Made by a program: the position numbers and the translations under genes. From a virus, in IMG/VR virus record IMGVR_UViG_3300021085_000009, positions 1 through 64,000 of that record: a stretch of DNA of 64,000 bases; one strand, written 5' to 3'. Under the pieces are notes generated by a model. The model worked only from the letters and a program-made list of their open reading frames with translations. It had not been told where the DNA came from and searched no databases. Below, one piece after another: positions 17,744 through 25,560 of this stretch. The stretch's first letter is position 1, and the number at the start of each line of letters is the position of its first letter.

Positions 17744-18537
17744 TATATATTACCATCCCAGTTTAAGTCTAATTGTTTCATTGTTTGCGTTTTATAATCA
17801 TCTTCTAATACATGGTGGTTTGCAACCCAACCAAATTTAGTTAAAATTGTTGGATCAGCACATGTATCTTGTCGTTCACCAGTAACTTCTTTTAGTGGTA
17901 AATTATTTTCTGGCCAAACTTTATCAGCCATTTCTTTTACTGTAACAGGTTTACCATTACCGACATCAATTGCTTTATTGTGAACTATCATATCAAAGTA
18001 TGTTATGCAAATATCTATTGCACTGCATACGTCATCAACATGAGTCCAATCTCTAGTGTGATTAGTTAGGTATGTTAACTTTGGATCTTTTCTTAAAAGC
18101 GCATCGTATAACATATCTTCTCTGCTATCAGGACCATACACCGTATGGAATCTTAATCCAATAGAATTCTTAGGTGCTATAGCTTCCATAGCATATTTTG
18201 TAGCAGCATAAGGTGATAACCACCATTCATAAACACTTGATGATGAAGCATATATGATTGGAACATTAGCCTTTTCGCATGCTTCAAAAATATACTTAGA
18301 TGCTTCTACATTAGTTTTCCAATATTCTTGTGGAATTTCATGCGATCTTCGAACTCCAGCCAAAGCTGCAAGGTGTATTACGAAATCAAAATCGCTTACA
18401 ATAATACCTTCTGCATTTCTAATATCTGCAGTGTACTCTACAATCTCATATTGATCACCATACTTTTTAGCAAACCTGCTTCCAATAAAACCCTTCCTTG
18501 GTCCACTTTTGCTTCCTGTTAATAATATTCTCATCAT
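17743..18537 (-). CDS. NAD-dependent nucleotide-sugar epimerase/dehydratase
   Basis: GFIG, HLAA, ASSSSVY, YAATK, RFHTVYG, RDWTHVDD. Confidence 0.9.
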   Translation of the reverse strand: MMRILLTGSKSGPRKGFIGSRFAKKYGDQYEIVEYTADIRNAEGIIVSDFDFVIHLAALAGVRRSHEIPQEYWKTNVEASKYIFEACEKANVPIIYASSSSVYEWWLSPYAATKYAMEAIAPKNSIGLRFHTVYGPDSREDMLYDALLRKDPKLTYLTNHTRDWTHVDDVCSAIDICITYFDMIVHNKAIDVGNGKPVTVKEMADKVWPENNLPLKEVTGERQDTCADPTILTKFGWVANHHVLEDDYKTQTMKQLDLNWDGNI

Positions 18538-19742
18538 AAAAATGCCTCCAAACTATTTTCTTCTCTTTTATAATCATAACTTCTGTTTAAATTGTTTTGA
18601 AATAAGTAACTTGTTTCAACACTATCTCTTTTACCTTCTAATACTGCTTTAACTTCTACTGCCATATCCCTTGCTGTTGCAAATGGAACGTTTTGGCAAA
18701 TATGATTGTAGTTCTTTTCTACATCTAGTACTTCCATATCTAAAGGTAATCCCATAATAGCTTTACCTTCAGCAACATTTAAGTATCTATCTTCAGTTGG
18801 ATGAGCAATAACCTTAGGTAAATGTACTACAAATGCTCCAATATAATTGATTGGAATAATTGTACCTCTAAGCATAATTCCACCGCCTGAAGCAATCTTA
18901 CCTGCTTTACGTCTAGCCTTTGCAGCTTCTCTTTCAAACTGAGGATATTGATCCATCCATTCAGCAAGTTTAAGATGATCATGACCTAGTTTCATTAACC
19001 TAGATTCTACATTAATAGATTTTTCTTCATGGGAATGCCTTTCAACAAATTCAGCATGAGTACATTTAGATTCAACTTCTAGGGTATACTTATAATATGG
19101 ATCATCCTGCGAAGGTGTCTTTTGGTTTAAAACTTGTGTTTGAAAGTTAGTGTTAACACCTTTAATTAGATCTTGAATCAATGGTCTTTCTTTATTATAA
19201 TAGTTAAACAGTGGGATCCTATCGTTAAATTCATCTTTCTTCCAAAAGAAAAAGAATGTTCTTTTACGATATTGTGGATTACCATGCTGTAAACTTTTAG
19301 TTAAATAAATCGAAAAGTTATAACCATTATCTTGGCCAATTTTATAGAGCTTTTCTCGCATAAACTTACCAATCTTTCCAGATAATCCTGGTGCGTTCTC
19401 ACCCCATAATACCTTTGGTTTAACTTCCTTTAAAACATATTCAGATGATTTTTCCATCCATTGGTTGTTTTCGTTTTGTTCTCCATGCGAATTATGATAA
19501 GTGCTCAATCCAGCACACGGACAAACTGAAGAGACAATGTCCACATTTTTCATTTTTTCGGACGTTTCATCTAAAATATGATACGGAATATCTTTTCCTT
19601 GTTCCTTATAATAATTTAAAAGGTGTGTTTCATTAGCCATAAATCCAGAATATGTCATTAAATATTCTGGGTCTGTTCCATAAGCATCTGCTGATGCCAA
19701 AATTTCACCACCAATTAGTGGTACTATACCTGCGTGTTTCAT
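18534..19742 (-). CDS. C5-cytosine DNA methyltransferase-fold protein with atypical motif I
   Basis: Motif IV CPCAG, VI ENAP, VIII PQYRKR, IX HPTEDRYL..E, X QNVP; motif I IVPLIGG instead of FxGxGG. Confidence 0.75.
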   Translation of the reverse strand: MKHAGIVPLIGGEILASADAYGTDPEYLMTYSGFMANETHLLNYYKEQGKDIPYHILDETSEKMKNVDIVSSVCPCAGLSTYHNSHGEQNENNQWMEKSSEYVLKEVKPKVLWGENAPGLSGKIGKFMREKLYKIGQDNGYNFSIYLTKSLQHGNPQYRKRTFFFFWKKDEFNDRIPLFNYYNKERPLIQDLIKGVNTNFQTQVLNQKTPSQDDPYYKYTLEVESKCTHAEFVERHSHEEKSINVESRLMKLGHDHLKLAEWMDQYPQFEREAAKARRKAGKIASGGGIMLRGTIIPINYIGAFVVHLPKVIAHPTEDRYLNVAEGKAIMGLPLDMEVLDVEKNYNHICQNVPFATARDMAVEVKAVLEGKRDSVETSYLFQNNLNRSYDYKREENSLEAFL

Positions 19743-20572
19743 CCGAAAAATGTCTCCAAACTTGATTCTTGTTGTTTTTTAATTGCATCTTTATAAGCTT
19801 TTGACCAGCTAATATGACAAGTAATTCTGTCTTGTCCTTTCCATGGTCCATTAGCCAATACCTTGCTTTTTAGAGCGACGTAATCTGGATAAATTTCAGC
19901 TAATTGCTGATGCACTTTATTACTTAATTCGATTGTTCTATAATTTGAACAACCACCTGCAGTGTTAGTCGCTGTTACGCTAACACGATACCTTGTGGTA
20001 ATCCTATTTGCAAACCCTTGAGTAAGCAATTGAAGATTAGCATCAAAATCTTGAGAAGTTTCTAACCTATCCCATATAAGATTTCTTGGTAAATTTTTAG
20101 AATCAAAATAACAGTTAGTCATAATCCTTACGTTATTTTGATGTGGCCAATACTTTAGATCTGGTACAACCCAAGATGTTGAGAATCCGCCATGATAAAT
20201 TTTTTCTTCTTTTATCCATTTGTCGAATGTAGCAAAAGCGTCATCAAACTCTTCTTCTGTCATATCCTTGGTTTCCCATTTAGTGTCCATACCTTCAGGT
20301 GCTGGGCCTTTGTATTTAAAATACTCAAAGTCATCATCTAAAACCATATGTCTTGTACTATAAAACTCATCCCATATCCACTGTCGTGTTGGCGACAACC
20401 TAGAAATTTCCTTAGGTAGTTTTACTACAGCATCTCCGTATCGCTCTCTCATAGGAGCGTACTCATGATCCTGAACTATAAATTTTACCAGTTTTTGATA
20501 TTTCTCTGGTAAGTTATCATAAGTTCTTTGTTTGTCCATCCTACCTAATGTAGGTATAATTAAGTGTTCCAT
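19739..20572 (-). CDS. GT-A fold DNA glycosyltransferase (TAGT/beta-glucosyl-hmC-type)
   Basis: IPTLGR, RQWI, VLDDD, QDFDANLQLL, GGCS; inside hmC cluster. Confidence 0.75.
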   Translation of the reverse strand: MEHLIIPTLGRMDKQRTYDNLPEKYQKLVKFIVQDHEYAPMRERYGDAVVKLPKEISRLSPTRQWIWDEFYSTRHMVLDDDFEYFKYKGPAPEGMDTKWETKDMTEEEFDDAFATFDKWIKEEKIYHGGFSTSWVVPDLKYWPHQNNVRIMTNCYFDSKNLPRNLIWDRLETSQDFDANLQLLTQGFANRITTRYRVSVTATNTAGGCSNYRTIELSNKVHQQLAEIYPDYVALKSKVLANGPWKGQDRITCHISWSKAYKDAIKKQQESSLETFFG

Positions 20573-20872
20573 TTATCCTCCGTTCACTAAGTGCATTACT
20601 AAATTTTTAATTAGTAAAAATAATCCAGCACCATTTAATAAAATAAGTGCTCTATCTTTCCATAAGACTGATACTATTAACCATAGAAATATTCCTATAA
20701 TGCTAAGTCCTAAGTCCCATAATTGAAATCCTTCGACACCTCGTAAAGACATTGCAGCTAAAACCACAACTGAAGCTATCCATTTTATATACCAATCTAA
20801 AGTATACTTTGGTGTTGCCGATTTAAAAATTCTTTTTGAATTAGCTAATTCTTCTTCGCTATAATCACTCAT
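20573..20872 (-). CDS. Small three-TM membrane protein
   Basis: DWYIKWIAS..LWKDRALILLN, hydrophobic helices. Confidence 0.6.
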   Translation of the reverse strand: MSDYSEEELANSKRIFKSATPKYTLDWYIKWIASVVVLAAMSLRGVEGFQLWDLGLSIIGIFLWLIVSVLWKDRALILLNGAGLFLLIKNLVMHLVNGG

Positions 20873-21140
20873 CCTTTGAGATTTCTCCTGTGTATTGAAA
20901 TTCGCCTTTATCGAATCGTACTTTATATTCTTTTACAATTTCACCAAGCATGTTCTGTTTATCTTGAACTACTGATTCTAATGTACCATTAAATCTATTA
21001 GTGTCATTTAATATATGCAATTTGCTTAAGGACTTTTGTAAGCTTTCAATATGATTTTCTAAATCTTCTTTATTGTAATCTTTAAACTTAGGGTTTCTTC
21101 TGTTTTTCTTATACAGTAACTGTTCATTAAATGAAGTCAT
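20865..21140 (-). CDS. Hypothetical protein
   Basis: 91-aa ORF overlapping both neighbours. Confidence 0.5.
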   Translation of the reverse strand: MTSFNEQLLYKKNRRNPKFKDYNKEDLENHIESLQKSLSKLHILNDTNRFNGTLESVVQDKQNMLGEIVKEYKVRFDKGEFQYTGEISKDE

Positions 21141-21606
21141 ATATTATACCAACCTCCTTTAATAAATCAACCGTGTTAATTGCTGATATCTTCCATTTGT
21201 CTGGTACATCTGCAACTGTCTTAGGTGATACTACCCTCTTAACTCCAACTTGAGCTAATCCCTTTGCACATTCATTACAAACTGGTAAACCCCAAACATA
21301 CATTGTAGCGTTGTTTAGAGATGCTCCAGTAAATGTAGCATTATAGATACAATTCATTTCTGCATGAACTACATAGCGATATTTTACTTCTTTATCGTTG
21401 TATCTTTCAAGTGAATCATTAACACCTCTAGGGAAACCATTATAGCCTTGTGCTAATACTTGTCCCTTTTCTCCAATAGCAACTGCACCTACTTGAGTAC
21501 TTGGATCTTTTGACCAAGTTGAAACTTCCCTAGCTAGGTTTAAGTATCTATTGTCCCATTTATTGCTCATCGCTTCAAACTTCGGGAATTCCCATTTATT
21601 GCTCAT
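21127..21606 (-). CDS. cd: dCMP deaminase
   Basis: SKDPSTQVGA, GYNGFPRG, HAEMN, PVCNECAK. Confidence 0.92.
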   Translation of the reverse strand: MSNKWEFPKFEAMSNKWDNRYLNLAREVSTWSKDPSTQVGAVAIGEKGQVLAQGYNGFPRGVNDSLERYNDKEVKYRYVVHAEMNCIYNATFTGASLNNATMYVWGLPVCNECAKGLAQVGVKRVVSPKTVADVPDKWKISAINTVDLLKEVGIIYDFI

Positions 21607-21608
21607 CG
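21554..21608. repeat. 19-bp direct repeat (36-bp period) duplicating the dCMP deaminase start
   Basis: tcccatttattgctcatcg at 21554-21572 and 21590-21608, giving MSNKW..MSNKW. Confidence 0.9.
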
Positions 21609-22268
21609 GTTTACCAAATTAAAATGTCTTTCGTACACATGTAAGTTTTGTACTTGCCAAACAATATCACCTGGAAATACTTTTAGCATATACGCCATAT
21701 CATCAAGTACTGCTTTCTGCCATGCATAATCATTACGATAACCAAAGATAACATCATTAGATCGCATTTGTACAACACAATCGAGTTTACCTTCACGGAT
21801 ATAATATGTAACAGAGTTTGTACATATAAAATCGTTTTTACCATTTTCGTTATATTCACACCATATACTTGGTCTTGTATAGATCATTGATGCTCTACGC
21901 GAATCTGGGTTTTGTAACAATTCAGATAGTGCCATATCAAATTGTGCACCGTATTTGTCTGAATAAATTAAATGACCATAGTTTGAATTGATTTCGCCAT
22001 GTTCATTAGCAGTCATCTTCCATGCTGCAGGTGGTTCTTTATCGCTATCCAAATAGATATCATTAATGTTTGTAGATTGGCTGTTGTACCAATTTAGTTC
22101 TGCATCAATGTAAGCTTTGTTTGGAACACCAAATATAGCTGGTTCATCAGCATAAAACGAAGCACCAATTAACTCGATTGTTTTACTGCCATTTCTGTCT
22201 ACAGTAAATCTTTCATTACGAAGTTCGTTGTGAAAATAAGTTCTTAGTTGGTCGATTTCAAGATTCAT
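21603..22268 (-). CDS. 42: dCMP hydroxymethylase (T4 gp42-like thymidylate synthase homolog)
   Basis: INSNYG, DSRRA, DFICTN, MRSNDVIFGYRNDYAW (Asp specificity residue as in gp42), LHVYERHF. Confidence 0.85.
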   Translation of the reverse strand: MNLEIDQLRTYFHNELRNERFTVDRNGSKTIELIGASFYADEPAIFGVPNKAYIDAELNWYNSQSTNINDIYLDSDKEPPAAWKMTANEHGEINSNYGHLIYSDKYGAQFDMALSELLQNPDSRRASMIYTRPSIWCEYNENGKNDFICTNSVTYYIREGKLDCVVQMRSNDVIFGYRNDYAWQKAVLDDMAYMLKVFPGDIVWQVQNLHVYERHFNLVNR

Positions 22269-22596
22269 TTTTGTTCCTATTTAAAAAGTCATTGTCTTCT
22301 GATTGGCCGTCGATACCACCTCTCATATATGCAACCATAAATGAAGCATAGTTAATTAAATCTTTACCAGAGTCTTCTAGTGATTCAAAGTTTGGGTTAT
22401 AGTCGGGATCTGATTCCATAGCTTCTAGAACTGAGAACATTCTGAGAGTTTTAGCATGGATAATATCCAGGATTGAAGCTACACCGCGAGGGTAGTAATC
22501 TGCTTGTTTAATTCTGGAGTTTGGATTTTGATAGTCATTACTTTTCTTTGCCTGAAGTTCGGCACATTCTTGTAATACTTTTAGTGATTCTTTCAT
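22258..22596 (-). CDS. Nucleotide-modification-associated alpha-helical protein (DUF1599-like)
   Basis: KKSNDY, ESLEDSGKDLINYA; first gene of the modification operon. Confidence 0.6.
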   Translation of the reverse strand: MKESLKVLQECAELQAKKSNDYQNPNSRIKQADYYPRGVASILDIIHAKTLRMFSVLEAMESDPDYNPNFESLEDSGKDLINYASFMVAYMRGGIDGQSEDNDFLNRNKNES

Positions 22597-22622
22597 AATA
22601 TAACCTTTCTGTTTATAGTACT

Positions 22623-22651
22623 ATTATACCATAGTTTTGTTCAATTGTACA
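22623..22651 (-). promoter_or_regulatory. TGTACA-N17-TATAAT promoter of the DNA-modification operon
   Basis: Exact motif and spacing. Confidence 0.8.
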
Positions 22652-22663
22652 CACTTTTTTTGA

Positions 22664-23083
22664 TTATTTTGGTTGATATATAATACCTTGCTCATTTAGA
22701 GCTTGCTTATTCCACAAGTGTCCTTGTTCAGTATCATCCTTAGATTGACCAAAATATGGTACTGCATGGAACTCATCAATCATTTGCTGATTAACACTTA
22801 CTGGATTGTCTCCAATAAATAATTCACCAAGGATTCTACCAAATTTACCTTTATCATGTGATACTAATTTAACCTTTTGATCTTTAAGTTTTTCTACAAG
22901 ATGAGCTTTACTTGCTTTACCATAGAACTTTTCTTCTAAATTTCTAGTTCTGGATTCTGGAGTATCAATACCCATCATACGAACTCTCTGTTTTCTATAA
23001 GACATACCAAAACCTAAGTCGATATCTACGTCGACCGTATCTCCGTCTACTATTCTTGTTACCTTTACACTGTATGTATACAT
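22664..23083 (-). CDS. Thermonuclease (SNase-like)
   Basis: VDGDTVD, RMMGIDTPE, GKFGRILG. Confidence 0.85.
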   Translation of the reverse strand: MYTYSVKVTRIVDGDTVDVDIDLGFGMSYRKQRVRMMGIDTPESRTRNLEEKFYGKASKAHLVEKLKDQKVKLVSHDKGKFGRILGELFIGDNPVSVNQQMIDEFHAVPYFGQSKDDTEQGHLWNKQALNEQGIIYQPK

Positions 23084-23334
23084 TACACTACTGCCTTGAT
23101 ATGTTCCATATCGATTATTGCACCTGCCTTTCCTTCTACATCTACCGGCATAGCTTCAGGCCAAGAAAGATATACTCTATCTCCTTTGGCTACATCAACT
23201 ACATCTGGTCCTACTAAAAGTACTAGTGCGGGTTTAGACCCTTTAGTCGTGTCTGCTGTTAAAATGATACCACCTGCAGTAGTATCTTCCTTTGCTGTCT
23301 CTGTTACTAAGACGTTTGTTCCAATCATTTTCAT
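23083..23334 (-). CDS. groES: Co-chaperonin GroES-like
   Basis: TTAGGIIL mobile loop, VGPDV..V..GDRV. Confidence 0.85.
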   Translation of the reverse strand: MKMIGTNVLVTETAKEDTTAGGIILTADTTKGSKPALVLLVGPDVVDVAKGDRVYLSWPEAMPVDVEGKAGAIIDMEHIKAVV

Positions 23335-23351
23335 AATTATTCTCCTATTAT

Positions 23352-23912
23352 TTATTTATAAAACATGTGATTGTTGATTATAACTGTTTGATTTAATGAC
23401 TCAGCCCAATAAGGATATACTGAGTCTGCATGGTAGTGAGTTGCCCCTTCTGTAATATCGCCGTAATCTCCATTCATAACAGAGTCAGCAACTAACAAAG
23501 AAAACATCCAAGTTGCACTATCAACTGGATCATCAGATTTTCCATCGCAAAACCAGCTGAATTGGCACATGTGCCTAACTGGAATAAGAGTACCTTTCCA
23601 ATTTTCTTTCCATTTTGCTTGATAGACAACATCACAAATATTATTTGGATAATTCTGATTCAGAACTCTATTCTGTACAACTTGTGCAACTGCAATTTTA
23701 CCAGCAACTGGTTGATTACCAGCTTCAAAATAAATGTTTTTCGCCATACAATATTGTGCTTCTTGTAGTTCTGGATTTAATTCAATAGTGTGTCCATGCC
23801 AAGAATAGTTATGGTCATCAGCTTGTATTTTAGAACAAAAGAAAGCTATCCATAAAGGTAAGCAAATGATAAATGTTATTTTAATAATGTGTTTGTGAAA
23901 AAGTTGTTCCAT
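23352..23912 (-). CDS. SleB/Hydrolase_2 cell-wall hydrolase with N-terminal signal or anchor
   Basis: NIYFEAGNQ, AVAQVVQNRV, CQFSW, GATHYHA, HMFY. Confidence 0.88.
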   Translation of the reverse strand: MEQLFHKHIIKITFIICLPLWIAFFCSKIQADDHNYSWHGHTIELNPELQEAQYCMAKNIYFEAGNQPVAGKIAVAQVVQNRVLNQNYPNNICDVVYQAKWKENWKGTLIPVRHMCQFSWFCDGKSDDPVDSATWMFSLLVADSVMNGDYGDITEGATHYHADSVYPYWAESLNQTVIINNHMFYK

Positions 23913-23921
23913 AATATAATC

Positions 23922-24839
23922 CTATATATTGTTTTTAAAAATAAATTCAATAGCTCTTTCAGCTTCTTTATGGATTGGTCTTTTTGCATACCAATTTCCA
24001 GTGTCTGCATCAAGGTCTCTAATTATATATTCAATTTCCTTAGATGTTATTGGATAACCCTTAGACATTGCGTTACCTGCTATTGAGACCATTATCTGAT
24101 ATAGTTTGTAATACCAACCAGCACCTGATAAAGTTTTGTATTCTTCAATTTGTTTTTTATTTATAAAAGGGCAGTCTTGATATCCTGTCCATGAAAAGTT
24201 AGTGTTGTCGAGTTTTGCTTGTCGATGTTGTATAAGACCCCTTTTAATAGCTTCAGGTAACTTATCGAAAAACGATTCATTTGGTACGACGTATCTGTGT
24301 TTTCCCATAAGCTTTGCGGGGTCCATGATAGATCCATCGTGTGAGAATATGAAATTGTAAGATCCTTTATATTTGGCTGGGACGTAGTACATTCTGCTGA
24401 GGTCTTTTGTTTGGGCATCTGCGATATCTCCTATCTCTTTATTTAATGCGTACCAAAAATGTTTGATTTCATCTTTATTTATAGCTCTTGTTAGTGGGAA
24501 CACTAAACGAAACTTAGGGTGTTCTTTAGTCGAGCTAGCAGTGGAATAACACACGTATTTGTATCCGCTATACACTTCAGAAATATCATCGATACTTCCG
24601 GTATAATCATCTACATCTACAATTCCAAAACCACCCCAACTAAGAACATTATCGTTTGCACGAGTTGTCTCCGGCACATAAGTTGCTGGAGATATTAGTG
24701 GTGCTGACTTTTTAGTTGGATATTTAGTACTTTCAGATAACTGATACAACACTTTTTCAAAATCGTCAAAGGATTTATATGTAATGTTTTTATCAGTTTT
24801 ATTATCGTATATACTGTTAAATATCGTTAAACTTACCAT
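23922..24839 (-). CDS. AEP/PrimPol-like protein
   Basis: DVDD, YSTAS..PKFRLVFPL, DLSRMYYVP. Confidence 0.6.
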   Translation of the reverse strand: MVSLTIFNSIYDNKTDKNITYKSFDDFEKVLYQLSESTKYPTKKSAPLISPATYVPETTRANDNVLSWGGFGIVDVDDYTGSIDDISEVYSGYKYVCYSTASSTKEHPKFRLVFPLTRAINKDEIKHFWYALNKEIGDIADAQTKDLSRMYYVPAKYKGSYNFIFSHDGSIMDPAKLMGKHRYVVPNESFFDKLPEAIKRGLIQHRQAKLDNTNFSWTGYQDCPFINKKQIEEYKTLSGAGWYYKLYQIMVSIAGNAMSKGYPITSKEIEYIIRDLDADTGNWYAKRPIHKEAERAIEFIFKNNI

Positions 24840-25218
24840 GATTGCCTGCGTGTGATGGAGCGGTCCAACCTTCAGGTTTAATTAGGTCCGGAACTCCTAG
24901 TGGATTTGGCCTGCTTGGCTTTTGTCCCACTTCTTTGTTCATATTAGCTTCTAGTACAGCATCCCAAGCTTTATAGGGATCAACACCAAAAGCATCGAGT
25001 GTACCAATGGCAACAACACATAGATCAATTAAACCATCTACGATTTCTTCTGGGTCATTATTAGTAACCGCAGCTGTTGTTTCCATTAGTTCTTCTTTCA
25101 AAAAATCAACTCTAAACTCAAGAAACTTTTTTAGTTTCTCAGGATTGTTTTCAACCCATTGCCTAGTAAGATATTTGCTTTGCATTAAGTGAATATCTTC
25201 TACCCAGTTCTTAGACAT
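24817..25218 (-). CDS. MazG-like/PRA-PH nucleoside triphosphate pyrophosphohydrolase
   Basis: LKEELME..EIVDGLIDL..ANMNK..KPEGW. Confidence 0.75.
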   Translation of the reverse strand: MSKNWVEDIHLMQSKYLTRQWVENNPEKLKKFLEFRVDFLKEELMETTAAVTNNDPEEIVDGLIDLCVVAIGTLDAFGVDPYKAWDAVLEANMNKEVGQKPSRPNPLGVPDLIKPEGWTAPSHAGNHGKFNDI

Positions 25219-25507
25219 TTGTAATAATCCCTTGCTTTTCTGGCACTTGAATTGGACTGCTCATAGCTTTAACTTGATCTACCAATTCTTCTACTGGTTC
25301 TACAGTAAATAGAATAAAACTATTTGGAATAGTAATCCCTTCTGCTGCTTTTGTATAAGCCATAAATGGCATAAAACCAATTTTACCTTCACCTGCTGGA
25401 ATCAAAGAGTAACCATCTGTAATGGTAATTGATTCTTCGTTTTGTGTAACTTTACCAACTACTTCTTCACCAGAAGATAGTCGTACTAATTTATATTCAT
25501 CTTTCAT
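25211..25507 (-). CDS. Conserved Sm-like-fold protein
   Basis: LVRLSSGEEVVG..GFMPF. Confidence 0.55.
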   Translation of the reverse strand: MKDEYKLVRLSSGEEVVGKVTQNEESITITDGYSLIPAGEGKIGFMPFMAYTKAAEGITIPNSFILFTVEPVEELVDQVKAMSSPIQVPEKQGIITNV

Positions 25508-25527
25508 AAGTATTTTCCTTTGGTACT

Positions 25528-25556
25528 ATTATACCATATTTTATATTAAATGTACA
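25528..25556 (-). promoter_or_regulatory. TGTACA-N17-TATAAT promoter
   Basis: Exact motif and spacing. Confidence 0.8.
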
Positions 25557-25560
25557 GTGT

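Noticed and set aside
21143-21170. TTGATT-N16-TATAAT possible promoter at the end of dCMP deaminase
   Set aside because: Does not match the family -35 or spacing; may be coincidental within coding sequence.
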